64,000 nt of DNA from Lytechinus pictus (lineage: Eukaryota). The notes beneath the pieces are model-generated. The model saw only the letters and a list, made by a program, of their open reading frames with translations. It had not been told where the DNA came from and ran no database searches. The number at the start of each line of letters is the position of its first letter. The stretch's first letter is position 1. Shown here piece by piece: positions 24,801 through 38,300 of the stretch. The DNA lies in assembly GCF_037042905.1 (NCBI RefSeq), contig NC_087245.1:22880001-22944000 (forward strand), in the 5' to 3' direction. The translations under genes were made by a program, and so were the position numbers.

Positions 24801-27800
24801 ACGACTTCACAAGTGCGAGTGAATTTAAATCGTACGTTAGATCACATCTAATTTACGAATAGCTTTATGAAGGGCCTATCTCACAAAGAAGTGTGATTGA
24901 TCCGATCAATCTCAATATGGTATGCCAACAACACCATCATCCTGAATGGATATGCACCTTTTCAGATCATGTCCTCTGAAAATGACAGCTACTCATGTAT
25001 TGTCATTTTATAAAGCCCATTTTCGTCTTAGCAAGGCAGATCTACTTTCTTCACAACACAACAATTTCTCCTTTGGAAAGAGTGGGAGGGGGGATGAGAG
25101 GGGGAACATTTTCTTCACATTTATGAAAAATGAATAACCTTTTATTACCAACTGTAACACAGGGATACTGAAATTATTAATAATGTCACCCTTCATGAAT
25201 GATGGAATAATAGGTATATATGCAATACTAAAAAAAAATCATATAAAGAATGATTTTGGTTGAACTTGAACATCATCTGTTTTTCAATCTTTGTTGTATT
25301 ATGCAGTCGTTCTATATCTGCAGCAGATAACGCAAGGGTTGGTGCCTATGCCATTACGTCAGCAATAGCTAGTCTCATATCAAAGCTGTCGGATTTTTCA
25401 TCCGATGATATCTATGACTTCCCTGATCAGTATAAAGTCATCTTGATAATCAACGGAATAGGTAAGTCTTACTTATGCGCAGTCGAGAGTTTATCATTAT
25501 TTCTTTTCTCTCTTTTTTTAAAAATCAAACTTTACACTTTCAATTTATTTTATATCCTATTATTCTTATTTTTTCCATTTCGATGAAATAGATGAATTAA
25601 AAAGAAAAGTCCTAAACAATTTCCGTGCCCCTTTACACCATTTATTCTTTTTTTCCGGTGAACTGCAAAAGCTCAGACATCCTTTCATAAAGATGTGTTA
25701 TGATAACAAATGGACAATTACTATTGCTATAACAAATTACCTATCACTCAATCAGATTGAAGGATTCAGTACAGTATTATTTAAAATTTGCTATTAAAAC
25801 AAGTTGTGTCCTTGACATTCTTTCTTTCAGGTGCCCTTTGGTTACTAACCAGTGTTTACCACACCCTACGACCACGCCCAAAGATCATCCCGTTCTATGT
25901 TCCCTATGTTATCTTCTACTTCCTTTGGTTTCTGGCCGAGCCCATCTTTCTACTCGTCGCCTTCTATCCATTACCTCAACTAGACACGTAAGTTGATACA
26001 AACAACTATTTTCATTGTATTGTTCTATATATCCTACATAGATTAAATAGGTAATTCAACGCAAGTAACAGGACTTTGCATGCTCAGCGCATAGATTTTG
26101 GTAATAAATTATTAAAAGTAGGATATAAAACAAATATATCAGGCGTTTCATTCGAAAGCATAGTGGGAATTATTAATCCTCGGTTGGACTGGCAAAACTA
26201 CTATATTTCCCTCGGGGCTTCGCCCCTCGGGGAAAAATAGTAATTGCCAGACCAACCTCAGATAAATAATTCCACTATACTTTCTCAAAGCCTGATATAT
26301 TTGTTTATTGTAAAAATGAAATCACAATAGAAGAAACAGAATATAACGCACACGTATGTTTATAGAATTGGTATCATGCATCAGTAATTTCTGACGCAAA
26401 TACAATATATGCATGGCAAATTTACCATATGGATGGCTAGCAATGCGTCGGAATTCCTTATGCAAAGTTGTAAAATATTGATTTTTCGCCAAAAAATCTA
26501 TTCTATAAAACAAATGATACACATGTTTGTTCCTGCATTGGTAGGACTAATAGGCATGCAGTAACTATGGAAGCTAATCTAAACCCACTCGGCTGCGCCT
26601 CATGTGTTTAACAGTTTTCCATAGTTACCTTATGCTAACAAAACCTTCCGATGCACTCACACCAGTGCATCATTAATGTGAATGGATCTAAACTTGAAAT
26701 ATCAGAAATGAGTCATTAGATTCTTATAAAGTTTTCACCAATTATCTGCGTAAAAAGTAAATCAAATCCCCTAAATTTAATGTTGAGATACAGAAAAAAA
26801 ATATCACGATCAAATCGATCGCTTTGTGCCCTCGTATCATTAACCCCCCCCCCATTATTTTTTAAGCATTTCTGCAAGCTTACAAATAAATTCTACATGC
26901 GGCATTGAAATCTATGATTATCGTCATTCGTTGATGTAGGGCTTTTTAAAACACAAGCATTTTGCAAAGTGAAAACTTTTACAGCAATCCCTACGTCTTT
27001 TTTCTCCTTTAACTGTGGTGCTATTACTTCACCCTTCATTTTCCATCTGCATAAACTTTTCGATAGACCTAACACCAAGAATGGTGTTTACTGGACCCTC
27101 AGCGTCCTGGGTCATGGTGCTTTCTTTCTTGTGATCAGACCAAGAGGACTAGAGAAACGTTTCCCCTTCAGCATGCCTGCCAATAAGGTTTGTTAAGGGG
27201 TTTAAGTGGCGGTGAGAAAGGGAGGGGGAGGGGTGGTCTTTTAAGCATCAAGAATTTCCTTGAAAACAGTTGCAGACATTGAATTCGTTCTTTTGTTAAT
27301 GAAAATACGAATTAAAGAAGCACATACCAATGGTTTCGCGTCTTTCAAGGAATTTGGTAATCAGTACTTACTACATGTACATTATTGAACATGATTATGA
27401 GTGCTACGAAACAATTCCGTAAGAAAAATTAAATTGTATCAATCAAACAGTTTGCTCCATTCGTACTAATTGTTGATGTTATTTCTCTTATCTCTTCGCT
27501 ATTATTAACATTTCAAACTTTTTTTGGTGACTTGATTTCTCAATCCCCCTTTTATTTCCTGACTTCTACTTCAGGTTCACATGGAAACGCAAAGCGAAGT
27601 TGATGACACGGGGAAAGAAACGGAGGAGGTGATTTTTGTTTCTTATATTTAGATGGTTTACTCTTTCCCCTCATACACTGTCACATCGAAACTCTGCTGT
27701 AATGTCTTATACTTCATGTATTTTCTCTAAAAAGATGCAGTAGTTGGCTAAGCCATCTGCGACTTTGGAGTAATGATTTTTCTGATAAATCGTCAAATGT

Positions 27801-28311
27801 ATTATCATTATTTTGATCGCTATCATGTTATTATTTTCAAATTGCCATCATCATTGTCTTTGGAGCGTTGTGGTCTGCTGGTTCTGACCCTCGCCTTTGA
27901 AACAGAAGATCGGCGGTACGAATCCCAGTCATGGCAAAATTTCCTTCAGCAAGAAATTGATCCACATTGTGCTGCACTGCGGCGAATGGGTCCAAGTTAG
28001 TAGGAGTAATTCCCATGCACCAAGTGCGTTTAGCAGCTGGAGCTAAGCAGAAGTTGTATCGAGGACCATTGGGTCAATGCAATATATTATCATAATTATT
28101 ATTTTGATAGTCATCATTATCATCATCATAATCATGATCATGATCGTCATCACCGCCGCCACCACCACCACCACCGCAATAATAGTGATCCTCACCTTTC
28201 ATTTTAAATGTTTTATTATAAAGTTTAATGTTTCTAATACTTATTCGTATATTTTTCTCACCTTTTTCCCTTTATTTCCAATTTTATTTACAGGAAGCGG
28301 ACACCAAGTAA
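15851..28311 (+). CDS. TMEM145: TMEM145-like (GPR180/TMEM145 family) membrane protein, 3' part; exons 15851(truncated)-15913, 25307-25461, 25831-25987, 27067-27187, 27575-27628, 28294-28311
   Basis: Spliced peptide LLIVIGKGHSVTR|RSIS...PFYVPYVIFYFLWFLAEP...LGHGAFFLVIRPRGLEKRFPF resembles recalled TMEM145 motifs (LILLGKGFTVTR, PFYVPF..YTLWF, HGVFLIMTRP...FPY). Intron phases 2,1,2,0,0 are consistent. The first visible exon is cut by Element 1, so this copy may be disrupted. Confidence 0.8.
18036..20162 (+). pseudogene. Element 2 Myb-like partner remnant; candidate exons 18036-18116, ~18337-18419, 19106-19195, 19847-20162
   Basis: Phase-2 Ser/Thr/Pro-rich exons, two ending TCTAG|GT or TCAAG|GT as in Element 1. 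Last exon is a coiled coil ending EVAEAKL with an in-frame TGA at 20073. No Myb-domain exon was recognised. Confidence 0.65.
20225..22035 (-). pseudogene. Element 2 transposase pseudogene; exons 22035-21996, 21727-21517, 20512-~20225
   Basis: MDYLHLHNLELLR; RDRYRLSKE...LRFYAVG; SFQKMHDDEAAISQ...GAIDGTHVYIKSPG. Exon positions match Element 1, but there are frameshifts, and exon 4 plus most of exon 5 (second D and the E) are missing. Confidence 0.88.
22575..22755 (+). mobile_element. 3' end of a CR1-group LINE
   Basis: WNHLPPD...SLEVFKSKI C-terminal motif, short 3' UTR and ATCCAG-repeat tail. Confidence 0.65.
23886..24706. mobile_element. Harbinger-type MITE with TTTTATCT subterminal repeats
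   Basis: TIR GGG(C/T)GGTATTCTGAG..CATTTTATCT; CAG TSD at 23883-23885 and 24707-24709. Confidence 0.88.
26134..26301. repeat. Palindromic hairpin MITE
   Basis: Arms ATATATCAGGC / GCCTGATATAT with central CCCTCGGGGCTTCGCCCCTCGGGG. Confidence 0.7.
27862..28190 (+). mobile_element. tRNA-derived SINE with ATC/ACC simple-repeat tail
   Basis: A-box-like TGGTCTGCTGG and B-box-like GGTACGAATCC, followed by a SINE body and microsatellite. Confidence 0.65.
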
Positions 28312-29386
28312 ACAGTGCTTGCTGATTTTATCGATAGAAGATAAAAATGATATTTTACATCACTATAATTATGAAATTATTAACATAACGGTACATTCCT
28401 CTTGAACGCTCTCCAGAATGTGACATTACACGCGTGACATTACATTATATGATATATAGGGACATGTTTCGTTTCATTTCCGTATGGAAATATTAACTTG
28501 AAAATAAATAGTGATGAGATTCACTAAAGTCAGCTTTACTTTAAGGAACCTGCAGACATTACAAGCTTTGCTTTTTATGCAGGTTCCTTCATATTTCACT
28601 TTATTTACTGTCATTATCTTTTGTATTTTGTATGTAATCGAAATTTCTTGTATTATGTTATTATCTTGCTATCTTGTGAAGTATATAATAATATTTCTTG
28701 GCCTAATTTAAATGTTTAACGAATAACGTAAACTATATATTTTAACTAGTGTTAACAAAAGCACTTGACTGCATGGCCCTTCCCGTCGCCACGAATTCTA
28801 AGTTAAAAAAATGAGAATGATTGAAAAGTTATATATGTATGATACTGTTCACTTTCGGTTTTTGATAGGAAAAAATAGTTATAATGTCATTACTAATTTG
28901 ATTAAAAGCCCTCAATCATTGATATTGGCCTACTCTCGAAAGTTGCCGATTAATTAGGTTTAAGTTGTTGCTATTTGCAACTCCAACCCTTCTGTTCCTC
29001 AAATTACGTTGGCATGACATTAATCTTAGGTGATAGGAAATAAAGAAACGAGTACCTTGACGATTAAAATAAAAACAAATATTGACCTAGTTGGCTCAGA
29101 TTCAAGATCTTCAAGTACACTCATGAGACTTTCTCAAAGTATGCACCTATCACATGTATCATGCTTATGGTGGTGTGTTTTTGTAAATGACTCTACTGTC
29201 TTTGTCAGATAACGGTCAATGTTGCTCATGCGGGGAAAGTCTTTTTACATTTTACGTTGATAATTTCATGAATAGCTTGTTTACAGCGTTTTACGTCTTG
29301 CTTATTTATAGAGAAACATTCTTCAGACATGACGCTAGAGTTGTACCTTACCTCTCAGTAGACTTGTGTTGTGTGATTGCAACAAT

Positions 29387-31573
29387 ATGATAGAACAAAT
29401 CTCCCTTGTCGTGATGCATGCACTGTTTGTATCAAGTGTCCTTGGCACTTCAAACGATGCTCATCTTAACACACAGCACAATCATCTTCAACATGGAGAT
29501 GATATGGAAGCGGACACAGTACCAAACCTAACAAGTAGCTGTAAACTTCCACCCTCCCTAAATCACCAGGGCGAAGCCATTGAACTCTCGCGGTTACTCA
29601 GAGAAAGCGTTTTAATTTATTTCCACCTCCACATCGATGGCATAGCCAAGCTTTACGAAAGTCGCACTGATATTGACCCGTCAACGTTCATATTATCCAT
29701 GAAAGGAAAGGGTTATTACTTGTTGACTCTGCCCTATGACTTTGTATACCTGTCCTTAGGCACACTGAGCTCAGGTGTCCATGACATGGACGTGGACGTT
29801 CATCTACCATCTGAACATTGCTTCAGGGAACAACCAGATGAAGGCAAACATATGTTACTGGTTGCCTACCTCTCAAGTTTGGCAGAAGCTGCCATGTCAC
29901 TGCTAGACAATGTTTACCATGTTTACCAGAGGGAAGAGTATAAGATCTGCTTTGAGATGAAACCAATACGTTCTGATCTCTCCGATGCTAGGAGCATGGA
30001 CACCATCTATCAATGCTTTCTGAATGGCACGACCGAGTATGTCGAAAAGGCTTGGTGGATAGCTGTCTTGAGGTTCATTGGATTTCTAGTCACGGCCTTC
30101 TCCCCCCTCATCTTTGTAAACTTTACAAGAAAATGTCCACCGTTGAGGATCAATGATGAGACGTTCGTGGAAACCAGAACGGACATACCGCTTGGTGTTC
30201 ACAATTTACTATTCCATTCATGGAGCGACAGAAAATATCTTGTTGCGTTGCGAACCCTATTTTACGTTGTGTTGTTGACTATATTACCACACAGTCGATG
30301 GATCCTTTACTCACTTTTGGAGGGAAAGGCTTTTATCCGTCGCTTGAACTGCACATTCTTTCATGACTTCTCTTCCATGGAGACCATACTTATTGTGTCG
30401 TTCGTACTGGTTATGGTCCTATGCGGTTGGATATCCACAGTGGCATTTATGATGCTGTCTTCCGAAGATCTCGCACCCGGAATCCGTCATTCTTTTGTCA
30501 CATTTGTCAGATCATTTTGGACTATTCCAAGGACCAAATCGACCATCCTGCATCAGTTTGGCCCTTTAGAGCTTCCACCTTTCATAGAACATCCTGGATC
30601 TGCCTTACATGAGTTCTGTTGCTATGTTCTAGGTCGCTTCCAGACGGTGTTCTACCCCCCTCTTTGGTCTTCGTTCTTCGCCCACAACGGGTGGCAATCA
30701 CTGTGCTGGATTGTCCCATTCATTGTATCATTGTTATTTTACTCAGTTCCTTTCTTATACGTGCCTTATCAACCCCTGGTAGAATTTAATGATCAAAGGA
30801 ATACTAGTATTAAAATCATGAATGCAGACGGGACAAAAAAGGCAAATGACTGGCCTTTCCCATTCGACTGCCTTTATAGCTATTCCCCTCTGATCAAGAA
30901 CCTGTTCCTGTTGTTGATATGCTTTTCCGTGATGGTTTTCACAAACATATCCTCAAGTTTATTCATCATTTACCTGATGGAGATTGCAGCATTCACTACA
31001 ATAGGTCTCCTGATAAACTACACCACTATGCAGGGAGCATTTTATGCAGCTACCATATTCATTGCGTTCATACTGAAAATATTCCTACGATTCTATGATA
31101 GATATAAAGCCCGTCTGCGTGTGTTCATCGACATAGCCTTGTCAGTCGATAAAATACCGAACTCTCAAATACAAGATGAGGATAAAACACCCTTTGTAAA
31201 ATGGGAACTGTTCCTGCGGTACATCACAATATACAAACCCGTTTACGTTGAGGTTGCAAAAGTTACAGCTCTGATCATTTTTCTGTCAGTGTTTGCGATG
31301 TTTGTCTTTCACCATATGGTGGTTACAATGGAAATTGCAGATGTCCCGAGTGTAGCAAATGCCATAGGTGTACTTATCCTCTCAAGGATCTTACCCACCT
31401 TGAACGTGTTTACGTCTGAAGAAAGTCAACTTACGGAAAAGGAGGAAATAAGATCGGAGATCAAACAATTTTTCTTGAAATATAAGGAGACAACAGGAGA
31501 GCGTCTCGTGTTTTTATTGAAATCAAATACCTCATCCACGTCAGGATCTGAAAGTGAACTGGGAGGCTACTGA
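29387..31573 (+). CDS. Uncharacterised ~728-aa single-exon multi-pass membrane protein with signal peptide and Cys-containing ectodomain
   Basis: 2.2-kb uninterrupted ORF in AT-rich DNA; ATG at 29387 after a possible acceptor at 29358; hydrophobic N-terminus, N-glycosylation sequons, roughly ten hydrophobic segments by eye. Confidence 0.85.
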   Translation: MIEQISLVVMHALFVSSVLGTSNDAHLNTQHNHLQHGDDMEADTVPNLTSSCKLPPSLNHQGEAIELSRLLRESVLIYFHLHIDGIAKLYESRTDIDPSTFILSMKGKGYYLLTLPYDFVYLSLGTLSSGVHDMDVDVHLPSEHCFREQPDEGKHMLLVAYLSSLAEAAMSLLDNVYHVYQREEYKICFEMKPIRSDLSDARSMDTIYQCFLNGTTEYVEKAWWIAVLRFIGFLVTAFSPLIFVNFTRKCPPLRINDETFVETRTDIPLGVHNLLFHSWSDRKYLVALRTLFYVVLLTILPHSRWILYSLLEGKAFIRRLNCTFFHDFSSMETILIVSFVLVMVLCGWISTVAFMMLSSEDLAPGIRHSFVTFVRSFWTIPRTKSTILHQFGPLELPPFIEHPGSALHEFCCYVLGRFQTVFYPPLWSSFFAHNGWQSLCWIVPFIVSLLFYSVPFLYVPYQPLVEFNDQRNTSIKIMNADGTKKANDWPFPFDCLYSYSPLIKNLFLLLICFSVMVFTNISSSLFIIYLMEIAAFTTIGLLINYTTMQGAFYAATIFIAFILKIFLRFYDRYKARLRVFIDIALSVDKIPNSQIQDEDKTPFVKWELFLRYITIYKPVYVEVAKVTALIIFLSVFAMFVFHHMVVTMEIADVPSVANAIGVLILSRILPTLNVFTSEESQLTEKEEIRSEIKQFFLKYKETTGERLVFLLKSNTSSTSGSESELGGY

Positions 31574-31617
31574 ACATGCTGAAAGGGATATTGAAGGCTT
31601 TCACTATTCATCATTAA

Positions 31618-32177
31618 AGGTCAAGTCTACCCCAGAAAATTGTTTATTTCAATCATTTTTTTTCAATCAATAGAGAAAAATCAAACAAGCATAACGTTAT
31701 TACATTTTAAATTTTCGCTTATTTTTTACAAAACAGTTTTATGCAAACCTCAGTGACATGCAAATGAGAGAGTCAGTGGTATCCCTCAGTCATTACTTCT
31801 TTTGATTTATGTTGTATGAATTATACAATATTTCTATTTTTACAAATTTGACAAGAAGGACCAAGTTCACTGAACCATAACATTAAAACAATGGTAGTAC
31901 CACATGTTTAGGGAGGAATAAAACTTTATTTCACATGACAATGGGGGGAGAAAATTAGAATATTTCATATAATAAAATACAAAAGAAATAGTGAGTGGGT
32001 GATGTCATCAGTCCCCTCATTGTACACTGACTATTTTGTGAAATTTAGCGAAACATTAAGGTGTCATGTCTTTATTATTCGGAACACGTGTTTGATGAAT
32101 TTTTAGTGTTATGCTTGTTAGATTTTTCTCTTGTTATCCAAATTTTTTTTTTTTTTTGGGTGGACTTCAGTAGCCTT
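31618..32177. mobile_element. TTAA-flanked MITE (Kolobok/piggyBac-type); same family as 45479-46036 and partial ~12065-12310
   Basis: TTAA|AGGTCAAGTCTACCCCAG ... GGGTGGACTT; shared internal sequence with the other copies. Confidence 0.75.
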
Positions 32178-34029
32178 TAGTGCAAGATAATTTTCTTCTT
32201 TGTAAGGACTCCATTCTAAGGCTTAGTAATCTTTGGAGTCAGAAAAGGACAGTTGACATCGACATGATTTTGTTAACGGTATCACTATGATTGTGTAAAA
32301 AGGTTCAGTCTCTCTTTTTTTTAATTATTATTAATGACATGCTTTTTGCTCAAGTATTGATTCGAAACTTTTTGAAGGATATATTCGGATATAATTATAG
32401 TCGAAGACCTATCAATCAATTAAATCGCACTCAAACCAATTTACTTTCATTTTTACCTATCTTGTTTTTCCTTTAAAAGAACTGTTAATTATTATCATCA
32501 AAAGATGAAATGAAGTTGACCACTTTCATTAATACACGCGCGTGCGTACCCTCACACTCACCCTAACACCCACTCATCCACACACACACCCATATACCTG
32601 TACACATAATGTAGGCCCACATATTGCCTCATTTCCAATCTTTAGTTAAAACCATTCTTTGATAATCATACGCAGACGATTACGCAAGTAAAACACATTG
32701 TTAGGTTAGAAACCTGACACTAACTAAGCTTATGATTATTTATGAAAATAGGAAAGTGTTGACAGGCAACAATTCTAACATGCGTATAAATATCTGTTTT
32801 TCATATGATTTAAACCAGTTTTTACATTTGAACCTTTACACCTCTTCCTCGTGAAATGGATCGAAGACCAAAATACCAGATAGTTTCTTTAAATATTTCG
32901 TTTTTTTTTTTTCAGACCAGAATATCAAAGAATAAAGCAACTACAAACAAAAAAGGTCGGCTAGCGCTTCGATACCATACGCCCTTTCTTGGACATGCAT
33001 GATATCCACATATGACATATCAATGGAAGTGTCCCCTGGGCATGCTGGGTCTCAAGCCTGATTCTATACAACGCAAATTGGCGATTGATTGCTACTTGCA
33101 GTCGTTCGGAATCAGTTGCAAATTTGACGTTGATTTGCAATCAATTACCATTCGGCTTCCTTCCAACACCTCATAAGAAATCGTTTCAGAAACGCTAACA
33201 GACACACACACACCTGTAATTATAACACAAACAAAGAAAGAAAAAAACAACAAATCAAGCAAGCAGGCGATCAATCAATCAAGTAAACAAATATAAGGAA
33301 CAATGTCACATTCGCTCTATCTTTGGCTCTCTACGTCGCTATATGCCTCTCTGTGTCTGTCTCGTTCTACAATAATTGTTGGTAAAGTCTACAAACATAG
33401 TCCATACAGGCGTAGTAAGGTGAAATCATGGTAAAGTGTAAGGCCCATTCAATATGATCGGGTGTGATGACGGGCATGAAGGGTTTCTATTTGACAAAAT
33501 GGATGGATGAATAAATAATAATTTATTATCAAAATCAAAATCTATATGGATTGAAGCATTTCATGAAAAAGCATTCTGTAAAATATAAATTTTACAAACA
33601 CGTGTAAGTATTCAAATATTTGTTAATCATTAAAACATGCTCACTGACTCAGTTTGTATTTTAGTTACAAACGATGGTATAGAATCGTTGAAATATATAT
33701 TAATCTGCATTAGTTAAGGTAAATAGCTTCTTTAATTTAGTATTAGATATCTAGAAAGCTTAAAACATTCGCTTTCAAAATCAAGGGAAAGCAAAAGCGA
33801 AGTTTCAGAGGAACGTAGTTGTAGTTGATGTTGTATTAGGCACGCCGGTTAGTTTATACAGATTATTACCACATACTACATCAAAAAATATGACCGACTA
33901 AAGAAATTATTTTGTGATACATACACGGATAATTCATGTCTGTGTGCGGTCGTCCCCCCCCCTTATTCTGATTGACACATTTACATTAAAAAAAAAAATG
34001 TTCCATCCTCGGTATGGATTCAGAATACG

Positions 34030-34199
34030 GGGGACCGTTTCATGAAAATTGTCAGCACTGACAAATTGTCTTTCTCCGACAGTTACCATAGTAACAGTCA
34101 GAGGCTAGTGCCTCTCAGCCAATCAAAACCAAGGATTTCACAAAAGCTGTCAGCACTGACAATTTAGTCAGTGCTGACAACTTTCATGAAACACCACCC
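34030..34199. mobile_element. Small Harbinger-like MITE
   Basis: Inverted ends GTTTCATGAAA.TTGTCAGCACTGAC / GTCAGTGCTGACAA.TTTCATGAAAC. Confidence 0.75.
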
Positions 34200-35303
34200 A
34201 GGTGCCGTTTCGAATGGCTATGGCGTATTGCTTTAATATTCAAGAGATGGGGGAAAGGCGAATGGTTGGTTGGGGTAACAATTATTTTGCAATTCAAGTC
34301 CATGTTTCCATGTTAGTCAGTTTTTCCATGTAGACATTCTTCTTCAATTATTTTTTGAAAACAAATTCATACAAAATCAATTCGTCATTACAAATATATA
34401 CAACGCATGTTTAGGCTATATAAGAAAGGCGCAATTCCCTAAAAGCAAAAAGTTTGTGGCGAGTACGCCCGTGGACAATTGTTCACTTCTCCGTAGATGT
34501 TGCTATGTATTTAAAGGTTTGAAACTCCATGGTTAAATCAATATTCAAATCGGCAAAAAAAAAAAAATCAAATCGATGTTCGAGTATCAAAGATTTCGGA
34601 TCCTCATGCATGGATGGGGGTGAAGGATAGAGCGTAGGGCTATATGATCATTAAAGTCTTTCTCTCGTTACTAATCATATACATGTTCGTGGTTAGTAAT
34701 ACAAAAAAAAACAGAAGGTGATTATTGTGATGGGGATGGTCTTAAACTGGTAATTGCATACATCATTGATGTGCTTGTATTAACAGTTCTTAGTGCATGC
34801 GATGCGAAGGATGTTCAAAACTTAATTCCATCCGAAGCTATGAGTATAATCAATTAAGTTTTTATATCGGAATTACGATAAAAAAATCAGGCGCACATCC
34901 AGGGGTGCACAAGGGGCAAGAGTCTCCTTCCTTTTTGAGGACTTTCTTTAGATGTTGCTACAATGTTTTTGCCCCCTTTTTGGGAAGACCTGGATCAGCC
35001 CCTAATTAGAATTCAGTATTCTATCGATTCTAAAAGTTGATAAGTTACACCGACAGGATATTGACTTTGTCGTCACACGAAGCTGAGAAGTATTATTAGA
35101 TAACCACTTTCTTTCAATTTCTATTATTAACTGTTTGTTCGTTCCTTGATTAATTCAGTGATTACAAACGCAAGTTTCGTGAAAGAAAAAGCCCACTGCA
35201 ATTCCATGCCGGAAAGCCTGACGATTTCAACGATAAGATACCTTGAAAGCACTGGTAGTGATGGAATACATTTATTGTCCTCACTCACGAATGGTGATGA
35301 ATA

Positions 35304-38300
35304 TCATTTTCTCCTAGCGGCTCTGTCATAGAAAGATAAAAGCAAACAAGCATTCAGTTGACTAAAAATTCAATAAAAACTGATGGACTGACTCCAAGAG
35401 TTTATTGGACTCGAGTTTATTGGAACAGTCCTGACAAATTTATAAAAATACCTTATTGTTATTTACCGAATATGAATGTTTTTAGGGCTCGTTTTTACTC
35501 TACGTAATATTCTACATTGTGGTATTGGCCATGGCATTGTTTTTCGAATTCGCATATGTTACAATCAGTAGCATCTAAAAAAAAAGACTGCACTGACTTT
35601 ATGAACATAGAGTTAAATTCGATTTCGAATAACCGACATTATACTAGTAATTATCTCCATCAGTTGGGAATTTAGTATATTCCTCAATTTCGTGGTCAGC
35701 CTGCTTTATAAGGGAGTTTCCCGAACCTTTAGAAGAGGTATGTACCCCCTTTCAAACACTTCCTTAATTCTCATTGATTTTTGTTGTTGTTTTTTTTACC
35801 TTCTGATCTGCGGAAGTCCAGCATTAGGTGGAGGAGGTTCGCCATCGTCATCATCTGATAAACATTCTTCCACCAGCTATATTTAAAAGAAAAAGAATAA
35901 TAGTAAAAACAACCCACAACCGGTTACAACCATTCACTCGACTCGTCTATGCATGAATTACATAAATCAGACAATATTAAAGGGATGGTCCGGGCTGAAA
36001 ATATTCATATCTAAATAAATAGAGTAAAATTTACAGAGCAAAATGCTGAAAATCTCATCAAAATCGGATGACAAATAACGAAGTTGTTGAATTTTAGAGT
36101 TTATCAATATTTTGTGAAAACAGTTATATATATATGCACATCGTCATGAATATTCATTAGGTGGGCTGATGTCATATCCCCACTTTCCTTTTTCTAATGT
36201 TATTACATGAAGTCATAATTGTTTCATTTTTCATACATGTGTAAATGATGTGTCTCCATTATGATGAAATAAGTTGTGGCAATAAATAACTAATGCACTT
36301 AATCAGTTGTCAATCCAACTGTTTTAGTTCTTGGTAAATTTTTTTTGAATCAACCTAATTTCATACAATTAAAAAACAAAAGAACAAGTGGGGATATGAC
36401 ATCATCAGCCCACCTAATAAATATTCACGAAGACATGCCAAGAACTGTTTCACCGGAATAATGCAAATATTCAAAACTCAATAACTTCGTTATTTGTTAA
36501 CCGATTTTGATCAAATTTTCAGCATTTTGCTCTGTGAATTTTACTCTATTTATTGGGATATAAATATATCCAGCCTGGACCACCCCTTTAATCAGGTTCA
36601 CTGTGGGACCATAAACTTGAGGCTGATGACTCATGGGTGGTCATTATATAGGGTCAAAATTAATGAAATTCGTAAAGAATTCTTATTCCAACAACACTCT
36701 AAAAATTATTGGGTAAAAATGCTCCATTAGGGTAATCATGTGTCCAACCAACATTGGACATTTGGGCATTTTTATTTATCCAGTGTGATGAATTGTTTGA
36801 CCATTCTAAAGTAATTGCCGCTTATTTTTCAACCTTACTGGACAATATGCTCCCCGCATTGTGTAAAATACTGCCCCATATTGGTTGGACACATAATTAC
36901 CCTCGTTCTGGCTAAAATTTCACCCAATATTTTTTTTACGTGAACAAGTAACCATCTTTTTTTTAAAATCTGTTTTACACTTATGATACTAGAAATTGAT
37001 TCCATATTTTCTTAATTGGTCGATGATTGTTGTTTTCATCACTTCATTATTTTTAGTTTAAACAATTATTCTATACAAAATTTTACGAAATTTGAATGGA
37101 AATTAGTAAAAAAAATTGATTTCTGAAAAAAAACAACAGCGTATGGAAAAAGTTAATAGAGTGTCTGTTTTGTAATGGAGGTACTAGTCGTGAATGCTGT
37201 TGAATGTTGATTATGTTTCACTCGTCGTAAGTGATCTGACCATGCGCAGAACGATGTTCATTATAACCTTCCATCCTCTTTCGCTTCCATATATTTAGTG
37301 AACGTGATCAAAAGAAACCGAACATGGTAGATACCTCTTTGTTGAGCAAGAACATTCCTCGCAAATGAATATAGCCTTCATCATAAATTTTTCTCTTTAC
37401 CAATTGAACAAGGTTAGCCACTCTTTGTAATTCATTTTTCGTTTTGTAGACCTCTAATCCAAATATATGCGTCTCATTCAAATTGAATATACCACAAAAG
37501 ATGGCCATGTACAGTACGTGCTCTGGGAAGCGTTTTATCGTCACTGGTTTTCACTGATACACTTGCTCTCAGTCACTTGCACATAAATGTTTTATAAAAA
37601 AAAATGTGAGTGGAAAATAAACGAATCCCTTAATCAAATAGTAGTTTTATGATAATTTTATAGAGGAAAGTGTGGAAAGTTTGGCTGTTACTGCCGTGAA
37701 TGGCTTACATTTTTTCTGACCGTTGGTGATCAATTTACTGAAGCATTTCAACAGCTTTAAGTTACCTTGGCAACGGGGAAGATCAATCAACAAAATAGCA
37801 TGATGATCAAGACACAAATATTGATTCTTTATTTTTCAAAATTATATTTTATTATCTACTCTCATCAAACAAGTTTGAACGTAGTAAAGTTGAATTCATC
37901 ATCATGAATTCAAAACGTATCAAATTAAATAACACCGTATCAAATTAATTTATGGAAGCAAATATAGATATCAGAACCATATTTAAGAAATCTAACCCCC
38001 CAAAAAGGGAAGATATTGAATAAGCATGAGGATGAAAAACTTACTATTTCATGATTTTCTTTACTGCACATGACATTTGAACTTCCCACGGCAGCCACAA
38101 ATGAAATAAGAATCTGGATGAGTGCGATGACGGCTAGGATAACTGCAATTGCCATATTCAAACCCTGGAAGACAAACAGAGAAACGAGTTACTCAGTTTC
38201 ATTATTAAAAAAAAAGAGTATGGCATTGCTTATAGGCCAATATTTTGTAAAAATGCAATTCATGGTCTAAGTTTGTGCTGAATTCAGCATTTTAATAGTT

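Noticed and set aside
28077..28325. Ile/Thr-rich ORF (also 52455-52661)
   Set aside because: ATC/GAT microsatellite translation.
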